This document shows, one piece after another, positions 24,101 to 38,800 of a stretch of 64,000 nt of DNA. Position numbers and translations under genes: made by a program. The stretch lies in NCBI GenBank assembly GCA_030704615.1, contig CM060731.1, positions 64,294,001 through 64,358,000 on the forward strand, read 5' to 3'. The DNA is from Takakia lepidozioides (lineage: Eukaryota; Plantae; Bryophyta). Every line of letters begins with the position of its first letter. The first letter of the stretch is position 1. The notes under the pieces are model-generated. The model searched no databases. It saw nothing but the letters and a program-made list of their open reading frames with translations, and was not told the origin of the DNA.

Positions 24101-27002
24101 GGTTATTTTTTAATATATTTTTCAATACTAGGCCAAATTGGGCATGGTGTGGCTTGCCACATTGCGTACATCTGTCTACACCCTGAACGAGATGAATTAG
24201 GGTTTGCAATATAATGCTTCATCTTGCTCATCTCACCTAGTTGTCAATTATGATGTGATATGAAAGCAAACATGTCAGCGTACGTCCAAACCCGTTTTTA
24301 TGTCAAGCAAAGTTTTTATTTTTTTTTCCTTCGAACTTGGGCGACCGTTGGGAAACGGTTGATTTTATATTATTTTAATTATTAAATTCAGATACTGCAA
24401 ACATTCGTTGGATAGCCGTCTTATGCGAACCATCCATTTTTTAGGGTTTTGTTTTATTTTTATTTTTATTTTTATTCTGGTTTGTTTTCGGGTTTTTTCT
24501 AGACGACGGCGACTGTTGGACGACCGCTTATGCTTATGCTTATGATGCAATTGTGGAGAAGTCATGGGACGTTGTGGAGGCCAATAAACAATACATGGTA
24601 TCCCTTTTTGTGACTTTGGAGTCTACACTATATTCTTCAATTTGTGCTTTATTTTAAATTTTGATCAAGGGATGTTTTGTACAGTTGTTGAATTACTTGG
24701 ATTAAGTGAGGAAGATGATGTGATGGAGGATGAATTTACAAATTTTGGTTCTGATTCTAATGATGACGTTGAATATGACCCTAATTGCACAAAAAATGAC
24801 GTGACGTGGCGCTACCACATCAACGTCACATTCTAAAGTACGTCACGTCACCTCAAAAACTGATTTTACGTTGTGTAATTCTTTTTAAATTTAATATTTT
24901 ACGTTACATAGTTTATCATAGTAACATGTAAGCCGCCATGTCATATCTAGCGGTCCAAAATTTTAAAGACTTATTCTCAGATAAATCTAGTGGTCATGTA
25001 GGGCGAATTTTTGGACCATTTTGTTTTTGTTTTTGTTTGCAATTTTGGACTAAGTAACCCGATTATACGACGGATGAGTTGTAAGTCAGAAGTTGATCAC
25101 AAAAATACACCACCAAGTAGTTTCAGGGTGAAGCCACCAACGAGCAAAGTCCCTGCAATGTATCATGGATGTCTCACATTGAACAACACAAAGCAATAAG
25201 AGGAGCGTCGCACTACATGTCGATCGAGTTATGCTCAGATCCGAAGTGAACTTAGGAATCACTGGCTGGGGTTCCAAGTGGAAGCAGATGAAATGCGAGC
25301 TTCATGCAATGAAATGTTGGGACAAAATGGGCCAAGGAGCAACAAAAAGATGAAGTTCAAAGGGGTAAGCACCATTGCCACAAAAATTGTGGTTGTGATG
25401 TGGAAGACACAATCATGTGAGATGTGAGTTGTTCAACACAGGAACAAGTAGATGGCACTGAAGAGTGTCCCCTCGGTTACAAACTCATGTGGAATTTCCA
25501 ATGTCATCTGCAAAGGCGCATTTAGAACAAGACACAAATGAGGAGTTTGGGCAGAGTGTTGCCAAATCATCAGGAACTGGGTTGTACCTAGAAAGACGAA
25601 TGTTGGGAGAGATGAAGAGGACGTTGAGTGTCAAATGTTAGGGCATTCGTGCAAGGGTGAGAGTACGCTGCAGTCTATAGATCTGATTTTGGCACAGCCC
25701 AAGCCACTAGAGGAACTGACAGAGTTGAGGTTGATGGATAAAGTGATAATGTCACGACAACCAAGCAGCGACCTAGACTTGATTGTGTGTAAAAGTAAAA
25801 AACAACATTGTACTGAGGTGTTGGCAAAGGAGGAGAGCAAACTACCCGATGGTGTGCTCTGGAAACCTAATCGAGATGGAGACACTAAGTGTGAAGAAGG
25901 CCAATTGAAGAGAGTCAGTAAATGCAGCTCAAGAGGGGAGACTGTGTTCTGATCATTGTCATTTGCAAAATGATGGCTCAAATGGCTCGTTGTTGGAGTT
26001 AGAATGGTAGGGAATAGTGTGTGTCACAGGTTCAGAAAAAAGTTTCATCTAATATAGACACAAACAATCTGATACAAGAGAGAATAACATAATGTATGTG
26101 TGTAGGCTTTGTGACAATTCAAGGAACAACTTAGAAAGGTATATATTTTTTCATTCAGACTACTTTAGGCCCTTGTTGCTGGTTGTTGTCAAGGCTTCAC
26201 ATGGGTATAAGTGGTCTAGAGATTACATTTTGATTTCAGACAGCTGAACACCGTCTGGGACAGTAGGATGACACATGAGTATTGTATCAAGAAGAGCTGT
26301 CTATGGATAAAGTAAGAATTAACAATGGTTATTTTCTTAGCTCTATCTTTATCAATCAAAGCACTCAGTGGCTGAAGTGACGCACTTCAGCTTTTAAAAT
26401 AAAATAAATAAATAAAAAAACCTAATTCGACAATAACTGGTGGTTTTATACTTGAATCTAATAGTACATAGGTACATCTAGATGTAATAGAGCAAGAAGT
26501 GAACTAGATTTAAGAATCTGGACTTGAGCAACTTGTAGTTGTACTCTTATGTACGAGCTAGGATATGGATTTTTCAAACGAATTAGCAAATAAAATACAC
26601 ATGTATCATTAAGCAATAGTTTGTTGATACTCACTGTTGCAATTGGTGCACCAAGTCAAGATTTAATATTCTATCCTGCTCACCGCACACTAGAAGGGCT
26701 TCGGAGTCCTACAAATGCCAAATCGTTAAGCAGTTACAAAACCCTTAAATAAAATTAAAAAAAAAAAAAAAAACTCATGCTGCTGCGAGCTAAAGCCTCG
26801 CCGAGCAGCGGAGCCGAGAGAGAGACGGAGAGAAAACCAGCGAAGAGGAGAAAGAGAGAAGGGGGGGGGGGAGGGAGGGGAAGGGGGGGGAGGGGGTGAG
26901 AGGAGATTCAGAAAAAAAACGGAAAAACAAAACCTCCCCCGCTGCTCAGCGTTGCCGCGGTTGGCAACATTGAACAGCGGGGAGAGGAGCTGCGGCAAAG
27001 GG

Positions 27003-27016
27003 AGAGAGAGAGATGG

Positions 27017-27104
<88 letters not shown>

Positions 27105-27105
27105 T
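27003..27105 (+). repeat. (GA)n microsatellite in a purine-rich low-complexity region
   Basis: Direct reading of the sequence. Confidence 0.95.
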
Positions 27106-28934
27106 TCGGAAAAATGAAAAAAAAAAAAAAAAACCTCTTGCTGCTCGGCTGGCAGCGCCAAGTAGCGGGGAGGGGAGCGGCAAAAGGAGATGGAGGAAAA
27201 AATGGAGCAAAGGAAAAATGCGAGCTCGCAACAAAGCAACGAAGACACAAAAAAAAACAGGAAAAATGGCAGCTTGCGCAGCAGCCGCCGTGAGCTTGCT
27301 ACAGGGAGGGAGGGAGAGAGAGAGAGGGAGAGGAGAAGGAAGGAAAAAAAAGAAAAAAGAAAATAAAAATCACATTGTGAGCTCGCAACGATGGGCAGGA
27401 GCAGCAACTCGGGGCGAGGAGCAGCGAGCAACCTTGGTTGGGAGTGCCAGATGTGAGAGAGAGAGCTTGCGCCTCGAGTCCGTGGCGGGGAGAGAGAAAG
27501 AGACACGTGACAGGGAAGAGCGGGGAAAGAGGAAGTTGGCGCGAAATAAGTTCATCCAACTTTCATTGAAAATTCATTCCGTAATTTACTCATGACAAGT
27601 ACTTGGTCACTTATTAGATTTCACATTCAAACAAAATCATTTATTAGTGGGTTTTGATAGGGCTTATATGCTAGATCAGTAAACTAACCTCTAGGATTAA
27701 AAGGGAATAATCTTAGTAATTCTAGAATGTTATGCAAGGGACAGTTGGCGACAGCCAAATGGTTGTCCAATTTTTTTTTTATTAAAAAATAAAAGTACAA
27801 ATGCTTACGTGTAATTTTACGAGGGACGTGTATACTACGTATCATATTTTCCAATCTCTTGTATTGAAAACAAGAGATTGACTGAGAAAAGAGAAGTAGA
27901 TGTAGGGAAAAAGACATTTATGACTACGTTCAATTCTTGGCGACTCTTGTCAGTTTTTATTCATCTCAGTGTTGGTAGATATGGGGCTGGTGGACGATCA
28001 TCCTCCCCTACACCTGCTCGTTTGGAAACAGATGTTTATATCATTGCAGCTTGGGCACAAGGCTTAGACATATCAAATGAACAGATTAACAAGTTGCAAG
28101 GTGTTCTAAATGAAGACTACATACTTTCTTGGAAGCGCTCAGCACGGGTACATTGACGTTCTTTTGCTCGACTTGTTGCCAATCAGTGTTTGGCCTGACT
28201 TCCAAGTTTCAGAGTACATATTTCAGCTAGAATAAAGCTGGAAGAGTTGGCAAGGTCGCAAAGTTATAGTGACCCTATATTTTCTACATTTGTGGATGTG
28301 AAGCTTGTGATGTTAACATACCTCAATATTCATTGTGAAGTTCACAATGTTTCACCAGAGACATGGATGGTCATAGCCAATTGAATAAAGATTTATAATT
28401 TGGGGGTGTTTGGTGCTAATGTGAAAGTGTCTGTACTTGACATTTCATTGCATGATGCGTTGGGTTTTTCCACAGTTACTGAATATGCTTATGACACAAT
28501 AGTGGAGAAGTCATGGGACGTTGTGGAGGCCAATGAACAATACATAGTATCTTTTTTTGTTACTCTGGAGTCTACACTGTATTCTTCAATTTGTGCTTTA
28601 TTTTAGACCTTGGTCAATGGATGTTTTGCACTATTGCTGAGTAACTTGGATTAAGTGATGAAGATGATGTGATGGAAGACGAATTTGTGAATTTTGGTTC
28701 TGATCTTAATGATGATGTTGAATTGACCCTAATAGCACAAAATGAGGTGACGTGACATTACCACATCAGCGTCACGTCCTAACGTACGTCACGTCACCTC
28801 AAAAAATGACTTTACGTTGTGTCATTTTTTTTAAATTTAATATTTTACATTACATAGTTTATTATAGTAATACGTAAGCCGCCATGTCATATCTAGTGAT
28901 CCAAGTGGTCCCAATTTGAAAAAATATATTTACT

Positions 28935-31900
28935 AGATCGGAATCGTCAGCTTTGGCAAATCCCATTTTTAAGAAGATATTAATAATTTTTTAAACGCCA
29001 GCTTTGACGATCCCCATTTTCAACAAAATATTCAAGATGTCACGTTGCATTCTCTGTTGCTTGTTTGCTCTGTTTGTTTGGTTAACCTGCTTTCCTCTGT
29101 TCTTTCATATATTTGTTAGCTTTGCGATATTTGTTATATATTGTGTTTTCTACTGCTATAATTGTCTGTTGCTGCAATCAGAATTGTTGTAAGGAGGGGT
29201 TTCGAAGCAAAGCATGTCTGTTGCCCCACAAGAGGGCGAGTTGCAGTATTTGAAGAAGAAGAAAGAGGAATAGAAGCAAAAGAAGGGGGACCAGTTCCCT
29301 TCTGATACACTCCTACGGAATGGGAGGAGATAATTGTGGAGGCAGAGAGGATTTGAGAGTTCAAGATGTGGAGAAACAGAGAAATCCCTACAAATGCAAG
29401 TATGGTGGTCATCATATGAAAGACAAGGAAAAATTAAACAGACATGTCATTGATAGAAATGGATATCCTTGACTGAACATGGTTGAATTGGGATGATATC
29501 ATGGTGTCAGTGAAACCATGGCCTACTACAAAATTTTCAAAGCAGGTAGGCCAATTTGTACTGAAATTGAGGCGGATTTAAAAACACGGAACCTAAACCC
29601 AAACCACAAGCTCAAGGGGTCATCCCCATTTTTTTTTAAAGTCTAATAAGATGGGACCGCGGTCGCTACTGTTTATAAAAATTTAATTAGACAAGACTGT
29701 TATTTTTTTTGGTTTTTTTTTCGCTTGGCATAAAATCGGGACCGCCAAAGCTGGCGGACGGATAAAATTGGGACGGCTAGAGTTAGCAGTCCCTTTTTTT
29801 GCAAACATATAAAGTACGTTAGTGAGGATGTGTGAGGTAAATGATAAGCCTTATCCATACTATAGTTATCCAAATTAGCCGAAAGGTGAAGTGGCTCTTA
29901 GTTACATTAGTTACAACCATTATTTTTTCTCTACATGTACAAAATAAATTGCCAAATAAGGTATCAGAATTGAAAAAACATTCATTTGAGTTTAAATGTT
30001 GCAAGCAAAATTTGACAAACGAATGTATCTACCAACATTACGTGAATAGTCTGAGAAAGAAGAGTAACAGTAACATTTTCACTAAAAATTCTAGTTGCAC
30101 AAAATGACGTGACGTGACGTGACACTACCATGTCAGTGTCACACCCGAAGTCACGTCCTGACGTGTGTCACGTCATCTCAAAAATTGACTTTACGATGTA
30201 TAAGTTTTTAATTTTTAGCTTTTATATTGCATAGGTTATCATATTAAGACGTAAAACCGCATATCATAGCTGGTGGTCCAAAATTTCAAGAAATGGTTTT
30301 CCAAAAAATTATGACACTAGATCTAACGGTTCCAAGTTTTAAAATCAATAAACAAGTCCTCACTTCTCAAAAGAATATTAAATAAATCGAGACCACCAAC
30401 TCTGATGGATCCACTTTTTAATAAATTATCTATAAATTCGACCATCCGCCCTGACGTTTTTTTTTTGAGAAATATATTTAATTAAAGAGGACCATCAGCT
30501 CTTGCGGTCTTAGAATTTCAAAAAGAATTTAATAAATCAAGATCGCCACTCTGGTGATCCCCATTTTAAAATAATATCTAATAAAATGGGACCGCCGACA
30601 ATGGCCAACTAGACATTTTTTTCCTCGAATAAATTCGAGACCGCCATAGCTGACGGTCTTATTGAAAGATAAAACCAGGACCGCCAAAACTGACAGTCCA
30701 TTTTTTTCTTGTTGTTTTTAAAAAGTGACATATAACCGGGACCGCAACAGCTGGCGGTTTGGATTTAAATTTTTCTTAAATTTCTTTTGTGGATAAAAAT
30801 GGGACCGCCAACTCTAGATGTTGCATCAGCTATCACTGTGTGGCAAATTGGAAAAAACTACATTCAAGCCCCGTTTGATCTTATACTACCTTGGATGACT
30901 TGGTCAATATTTCTTAATATCATGTTGGACGACCAGAAACTCCTGTAACCATTATTATATGTATCTAGATTTTAAATATGTCAACTCTCAAGTCCTTCCT
31001 CTTCTACACTTGCTGCTTCTGTTTCTGATTCTTTGGCTTTATGTCATCTCTTGGATTTTTCCTATGTTCCTAACAAAGACAGTTCAACGATTGTAAGAAC
31101 AATATCACTGGAAAGGGTTAGCAAATGACGTCTCAGCTTTCATTGCAAAATGTGTACCATGTCATGCCAAGATCATAGTGCCAGAAATCGAAGCATCACT
31201 TCCCTTATAGCCAATCCCTGTCACAGAACCTTTTGTAAGGGTTTGCTTAGATCTAGTTGGACCTCTCAAACCCACGTCCAATGGCCATGCTTACCTTGTT
31301 GTAGCTACGGATTACCTAACGAAATGGGTTGAGCTCCGACCTCTGGTTGCTAAGGACAGTGATGAGGTGGTACAGTTCTTCTTTAATAAGATAATTCTCC
31401 GTCATGGTTGTCATCTCGAAATCCTCACGGATCAAGATACCGAATTCTATAACCAACTCATGGAAATTGTCTTATTCAACTTAAACACTAAGCATGCAGT
31501 GACTGCCCCCTATAACCCCCCATGCAATAGTTTGACTGAACGCTTTAACAAAACCATGTGTCAGATACTGGAGAAAAATGAGACCTTTATCGATGAGTGA
31601 GACATAGCCGTTTCTATTTTGCTGTTTGTCTTATCGTACTTCCATTCATGCTAGTACCAAAATCTCTCCTTTCAAGTTGTTATATGGTAGGAAATGTCAT
31701 ACTCCCTTGTCAAGGCTGCATGTTTTCTACTACAGAGCCTGAAAATTGGGAGAAGTTCTTACTAACTATGGATGCTAAGCGTCGTCGTTTACTTGAGACT
31801 GCTAAGTCTAATTTTGTTTTTGCTCAAGTCTCCTAGACAAAGCATTACAATTGCATGGTAGTTTACTCCGAGGCTTTTAAGGTTGGGCAATCTGTTTGTA

Positions 31901-32686
31901 TAAGACTGCAGCCAAATAAACCTGTTTCTAAGGCTAAGAAAATGATTGATGGTCCCTACATGATCACTGAGATTCTGCCTGGCTGCCAGTATGTTTTGTT
32001 GCCTCAACATGCCGCCACACCTCACCTTACTAGCACAATGTATATTTCTTTGTTTATTCTATTCTCTACTAACTTTTGAATTGACTTGACTTGTCTCAAT
32101 GCGGAGAAGAGATATGTTATCTTTCACACCGACTCGAGCTACTCAATCTCGTTTGCAGGCAGCTGATTCCCAGCCATAGCTTAGATTTTTCTCTTTTCTT
32201 TTCGTGCTAGGTACTTGCATCAACATGTACGTGCCTAGGGTTTTTCTAAGTTGATCTTTTGTCTTTCGCACACCTTGCAAGACAAAGTTTTGTTCTCTTG
32301 GTTTTTCATCCCTTGCACAATCGGATGCATAACTTTGTTTAGTTTTTGTTATAGTTCTCGTTAGTCTAGTTGGAGTTCTCCTATTTGAATCCCCAACTCG
32401 CAGGAGCTCGCTGGTCTTGAGGGGCCAACATGTCTCACATATGTGAAAGCAAGATTTATCCTCACCTGGTTTTTGGTCTTAGATGAATGGACACCGGATG
32501 TAACCCAAATGAGCTGTCATACGACATCCAACGGCATGACACGTCTAGATGGTAGGCGACGGTCGCTACGCAGTTTTGTTTTTGTTTGTTTTCTTAAAGT
32601 TTGAGCAATTGCTAGGCAACGCGATGGTCGGACGACAGTTGGGCGACCTCAGAGTAACAGCACAGCGACGAGCAACAATAGCTGAA

Positions 32687-32719
<33 letters not shown>

Positions 32720-34380
32720 CGGTTCCTTCCTTCGGATTTCAGCGACTGTTGGGAGACGGTTGTTATGCAATTTTAGTTTATTTTAATTATTAAATTCAGG
32801 TTACTGCAGACATTCGTTGGATAACCGCCAACAACGAACCGTCCACTTTTTAGGTTTTATTTTTTTATTTTGTTTATTTTTTTATGATGGTTTTGATTTC
32901 GGACTCACCGACGGCGACAGTTAGGCAATTACTCAATGATGGTGGCTCTGTAATTTTTATTTTATTTTATTTTCTTTTCTTTCGGACTTTAGTCGAGTGC
33001 TGGGTGAGGGCCGAGAGACAATTGGGCGACCGCTTATGCTTATACTTATGACTCAATAGTGGAGAAGTCATGGGACGTATGGGAAGTCAGACTCACGTCC
33101 TAACGTACGTCAAGTCACCCCAAAAACTATGTTGTGTAATTATTTTTAAATTTAAATTTTACATTACATAATTTAACATAGTAAGCCGCCAGGTCATATC
33201 TAGCGGTCCAAAATTTTAAGCAAATCTAGTGGTCCCAAGTTAAAAAATATATTTAATAGATTGTGAATCGCTAGTTTTGGCAGACCTGATTTTTAATAAA
33301 TTCACGACCGCCAGCTTTGACGGTCCCAATTTTCAACAAAAAAATTAAGGTGTCACATTGCATTCTCTGTTGCCCGATTGCTCTGCTTGTTTGGTTAACT
33401 CTGCTTTCCCTTCTGTTCTTTCATATGTTTGCAAGCTTTGCGATCTTTTACTATCTTGTGTTTTTTACCGTTTAATTGTCTATTGTTACAATCAGAGTTG
33501 TTGCAATGCAGAGAGTTTCGAAGCAATGCATGTCTGTTGTCCCACAAGATGACATGTTGCAATATTTGTATAAGTAGAAGAAATGGGATCAGTTCCCTTC
33601 TGGTACACTTATATGGAATGAGATGGGATAATTGTGGAGGCGGAGGCGGAGGCGGAGGCGGAGTTGAGAGTTCAGGATGTTGGGAAACGAGAAAATTCCT
33701 ATAACTGCAAATATTGTGGTGATCCTATGAAAGACGATGAGAGATTAAACAGACATGTCATTGATGGGGAGTGCTGTCATTCAACTTAACATAAAATCAG
33801 GACCGCCAAACCTGACGAAAATGATAAAATCGGGACGGCTACATGTTAAATGAATAATTAAACAAATTGAGACCGTCAGCTCTGGCTTTCCAATTTTATG
33901 ATTTATCCAAACAAATAAAAAAAAATTAAATCAAATTGGGACTGCCAGCTCTGACAATCCTGATTTATCCAAGAAAATTTGGAACGTTTAAAAAACAAAT
34001 TGAGACCACAAGCTCTGATAACTATATTTTGTCAAAAAAAAAAAAAACCTCTAAGCTCTACTGCTCCGAATAAAAACAAATTATAAAAAAATTATAAAAA
34101 AATTGGGGCCGTCAGCTTTGCTGCCCCGATTTTAACTAAAAAAATACGATTTTAAGAAAAAAAAAAAACCGTCAACTCTGGTGGTCTCGTTTCAGTTAAT
34201 ATTGTTTTTAAAAAGCGGGACCGCCAGAGCTGGCGGTCCCGATTTATTAAAAAACAATTTAATAATTTTGGACCGCTAAATAATATTTTTCGAAGATCGG
34301 GTTTGCCAGAGCTGACGGTTTCAATTTATTAAATATCTTTTAAAAATCATGACCGCCAAGAACTGACAGCCTGACAATTC
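28935..34380. repeat. Arrays of the palindrome GGACCGCCAG-AG-CTGGCGGTCC with AT-rich spacers
   Basis: Best copy 34217-34240 (GGGACCGCCAGAGCTGGCGGTCCC); degenerate copies clustered at 28940-29020, 29650-29800, 30390-30820, 33265-33330 and 33800-34380. Confidence 0.8.
30860..32440 (+). mobile_element. Ty3/gypsy pol relic (integrase) with probable PPT and 3' LTR start
   Basis: YHWKGLANDVSAFIAKCVPC; PFVRVCLDLVGPLKPTSNGHAYLVVATDYLTKWVE; ILTDQDTEF; TAPYNPPCNSLTERFNKT; GPYMITEIL; TTGAGGGG followed by TGT at 32431. Confidence 0.9.
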
Positions 34381-35790
34381 CAAATTTAAAGTGGTGCAAC
34401 GGAGGACGAGGAGAGGTATAAAAATTGTTGATACAAAGCTTGGGAGTTCAACGAATCTGATCCGCCAACGTGGATACATACGAACAGTGTGGTGTGGACA
34501 ATGCGTCCTTGGAAAAATACCTCTAAGTCGAGCTCTAAATGTATTGGAAATGCGGAAGTAGAAACATGAACCAGTCATCAAGTTCTTTGATACCATCATA
34601 AATTGTTGCGTCCGAGGAGTATCACCATGGTCGTATAGTCTAGTACATGGAGTTTGCTTCATGCTCGGTTGTGGCATCTTTATACATACGGCATAGTTTC
34701 ATATGCTCCTCCTGTAACTCCAGTTTTATGGAACTATTTGTGTGTCTTTTAAAGGACTGGGTCCAATGGAAGAGGCAAGTGTGTTCCCTGGTTTGCATGG
34801 GTATTTTGGGGTCACCGGAACCACAAACACTCCGGACAACATTCCAATTTGCTTATGCACTGTCAGCCATGAATCCAGTGAAGTTTAAATCTGGCACATC
34901 ATTTGCTCTCATCACATTAACAAGCGACTCTCACATAAGAATTTGAGACTCCGTGTCATTGGACTATGTGTCGCAAACTGCAATAGTCATAACTCTTTGG
35001 TGAGCATGATCGTAGACATGATAACCCATGGTTGTCCAGTCTTTTATACGTTTGACGTGATCAAACATGATCCATGATTTCTCCAGATCACCACCGGGCC
35101 GCATTCTGCGGACCAGGCTATATACACTTTCATGGACCATTGACTAGAGAAGACACTATCCTAAATGACGTCATATTATCTGTTTTTACGGTTCAAGTCG
35201 AGGATATTATCCAGAGATCATCTGCTTCATCGTCTCATTCTAAATGCGTTGATGTAGTTGCGAACATTGGGCGAACTCAATGTAGAAAAATGGTCCATAA
35301 CAGCGTCAAGCGATGAATTGTCAAGCTTTGTTGTGGATTTGTCTGATTCCTCAAGTATATGTTTTTGTAGAAAGGACTTGCTTGCTGCAAGTGCAATGGC
35401 GGAAGGTGATGCACTTGGAGAACTATGTAACATGCTCTCTGGTTTATGCGAATACAAGACCTTGTGTCTCCCTGGTGTTGCATAGAGTTCACTCAGACAT
35501 TATGTCTGAAGTAAGGAAAGCTTGGAGTATTTTATGTGCAGCTGTTGCTAGATGCTCACAAGGAAAGAAAATGCAGCTATACGCTGGCTTTGGAAAATGA
35601 GACCACTTATGCACAAGAACAACTCAATCAAAGGTTGTCTGGAACGACAGCCTTTCGACATGTTGGAAACTCTCTTAGTGACCGTCAATTTGAAAATCCG
35701 GAAGATTCTGATGTAAATTGGTGCCACAAGCGTCTTAGATCTCATGTCGCCCAAACACTCCGCAGATACGATCACTTCTTCAGCCCCCCC
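34380..35790 (-). pseudogene. Mutator-like (MULE-type DDE) transposase, second copy
   Basis: SASPSAIALAASKSFL...LSSPNVRN; WIMFDHVKRIKDWTTMGYHVYD; NFTGFMADSA*ANWNVVR...HTCLFHWTQS (D...D...CxxH signature); several stops. Confidence 0.8.
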
Positions 35791-35814
35791 CCCCCAAGAC
35801 ACCCAAACACTCGC

Positions 35815-38800
35815 CTAGACTCCTCTCTCCTCATTCTTGTTTTTTATAGTTGTTGGCTGTTTGGGTTACTTGATGGATGCTAATAGGGACTTGGTGGGGC
35901 TCTTAATCATTGCCCCTGATGCTCCCCCTCACAATCTCAAGGTTTCAATGGACGTTAATGATACCGTGCTTTACTTGAAAAATACTAACCATACCAAGTC
36001 TGAGAGTGTTTCTGTTTAGTTTCTGGTTTCAGAGTCAATTGGGGCAAATCGGTTGGGATCCTATCACAGGAGTCCCGTCTGGTTGGTCACCTCCCTCTGT
36101 AGGGGCAAGATAAAGGTATTCGTTGGCTGGCTGATGGTGAATCCCACAAGCTTCTGGGCCATCTTAACGGGCATAACCTCTCCCCTGCTCTTCGTTACTC
36201 ATCTGTTCTCTCTCTCCGTAAGCAAAGGCTCTGTTTCTGGAGCTCGGCTCAACTATCCCTGGCAGGCTGACAAGCCCTGAGCGCGCGCGGTCAAGGCGAC
36301 GACATACTAGCCTAGTGGGGCCGTGGTAAGTCGCGGTGTAGGTTGGGCTCAAGGAACCGCCTACCCGGCTGCAGTTAATGCAGGGTTCACGGACTGTATG
36401 GGGGCCTAAACTATCATTTCTAATTTCCTATCGGGAAAGAGGAGCTTAGATGTCCCCTCTACAGGGCGATTTGCATTTCTTAGTCCTATGGTCTGTTTAT
36501 GGTTTTTAAGGTTTAGAACGTAACTGCCTTCCAAATCTTGTTTATTACTAACACCTACTGTCTGGGTTCCCAAGCCGCTTATAGCCGGGGTCTATTTTAC
36601 CCCTTCACAAAGCACCTCCCGAACCCAAGGAGGAGAGGACTCCACTTCCTTCTCCCAATGCCCCTCATTCTCCGGCAAACTCTCCCCAAGAAGGGCTAAA
36701 TTTGTCCCGTTACTATCTTTAGCTTGAGGAAAGTTAATAAGCAATGCAAGCTTTAATAAGTTAAAAGAGACAATCAATCATCCTTTAGTCACTCAAGTTC
36801 TTATAAGTTCAAAAAGTTCAATCAAAAGTTCTAATTCTTATATGGGAATTTCCTCCTCAAGAAAATTAGGAAAATATTTATAAATTCAAAAATCCGAAAA
36901 AATACCTCCCAAGAATGTCGTGGGGGAAGACCAACGATGCTAAAATCACCCCTATCAGATCGTGGGAACCCTTCGGGAACATCAGGGAATGTCCGAGAAC
37001 GTCAAGACCAGTCCGAGAGCAGGTTCTCCGTTGCGGGGAACGGTCGCACCTTCTCGGATGTACAGAATCTGTCTTAGGAAACCCCCTCCTACATCCGTTA
37101 GTTCCTCAAATCATGCCCGTTTGGGACGCAAATACAACCTATGGTGGGGCCAATGATTGTTTCGTCCTATATATGTAAAACTAAGGGGCGCCCAGCGCAT
37201 TCCCCTCACTGGAAACGGTCATCCCTTCCGCGGTTGACTGACATGTCTTGACACTGTAGCCGTGGAACCCGGTTAGTGTACTTTCGAGACACCCATGTCT
37301 CTAGCTACTTCCTCCTTCCCTGCTCAACTTGGTGGGATGCGTCTGCCCGCCTCTGGCTAGGCTGGATCGCCTCTTCTCGGGCTTCTTTTTCCCCTCAAGT
37401 GTGGAATTTTTCTACCTCCTAACAAGCCAGAATGCCCACAATACCCTTTAAGGGGGTCTGAATTAATTCAAATAGTCTAGGGTGAGAAAACTCCCTCTTA
37501 AAACCCACGACCAGCGGTCGTGGGGTAAAACGTGACGGCGACCGCCACGTGGCGATGCACCAGGCCCCGCGGCCTGCTACGATGGCAGGCCCGCGGGCGC
37601 CGCCTTGTGGTCAATCCGTGAACTCAAAAAATTCAACACGTGGGGCTGTCCCAGCCCCGCTTTCCCTGCCGTGCACTGCTGCCGTCAACTCCTCTTTTCG
37701 GGCCCCGTGCAAAGAGCAGCACCACGGTGCCTCAAGCTGGTTGACCTCCGGCTGTCGATGGTTGACCTCCTCGGCTATTCCACTACCTCCCACGCCCTAC
37801 CTGGGGCTATGGTGGAGGGGACCAGGCATGATCAACAAAAAAAACAAAACAAACAACAAAAAAGAAAACCAACCCCCTAGCCCAAGGCTTAATGCCTTCC
37901 TCTTGGGGAGGTGTTAGCGGTATCCTTCGGCCTCTGGCCTATGATTGATTTGTTGTCCCTTAAGGACAACAGCCTAGCTAGCTCTTTGCTAGCTAGAACA
38001 AAACAAAATAAGATTTATAACTTCGAACCTTTTGAGCTTAAAACAATTGAACTCTCTTCCTCTTTTCTAGGACAGGAGTCAGGGGGCCACACGCACTCCC
38101 CTAGTGGTGACCAAGACCCTCTTGACTCACACAAATACAAAGCAACAAGACCACAATCAGATCTAATTTTAGACCTTCCACGACTTTCTCTTGAAAATCC
38201 GAGCTTCTTGTTCATAGCAAAACAAATGGCTCAATGGCCGACGAGGGGTGGGGCTAGATTCCAACTCTAGCTCTCACGAAATAAGGCTCTCCCTACTAGC
38301 AAGACCGAGCTCTTACTTGCTAGGACTTAAGCTCCTCGAGCAAAAATGGGGCTAGATTCCAACTCTAGCTCCCATGAAATAAACAAAGCAACAAACAAGC
38401 AGAGAGGAAAGCACAAGTGAGAAGCACGGGGGCTTGCCTCTCTTATATACTACTTTGGTCCTAATAAAATAATAATAAATACTCATTAAAATAGTGAGTA
38501 ATAACAATAGTTTAGTCAAATCTATTGGGCTCAATCATGAGGGTCCTATTTGATCGACGGTCACGATCGCCTCTCCCAATTGATTAAAAAGTTTATATAT
38601 TAATCCAGTCTATTGGAAAACTTGTTGACCAAGCAAGAACAAGTAATAAAATATGAGCCTTGGATGGATTTCATCCAAAAGATTTCATCCAACAGGATGA
38701 TCTTCACCCAACAAATAGATTTTTCATCCACTTGAACGGATTTCATCCAGCAGATGAATTTCATCCAATAAGATGAATAATTGTTGATGTTGCCGTTGGA

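Larger units (their letters stand above)
24330..33850 (+). repeat. Three to four diverged copies of a transposon-end module
   Basis: Shared blocks: GTGGAGAAGTCATGGGACGT at ~24553, 28502, 33059; TGACGT-rich end plus ATCTAG.GGTCCAA at ~24797, 28749, 30105, 33092; 28740-29460 matches 33090-33770; 24340-24540 matches 32740-33050. Confidence 0.85.

Noticed and set aside
25080-26350. Decayed coding-like region, possibly a retroelement
   Set aside because: No diagnostic motif recognised in any frame.
26726-27595. Long overlapping ORFs rich in SL/ER repeats
   Set aside because: They arise from the (GA)n microsatellite and purine-rich low complexity.
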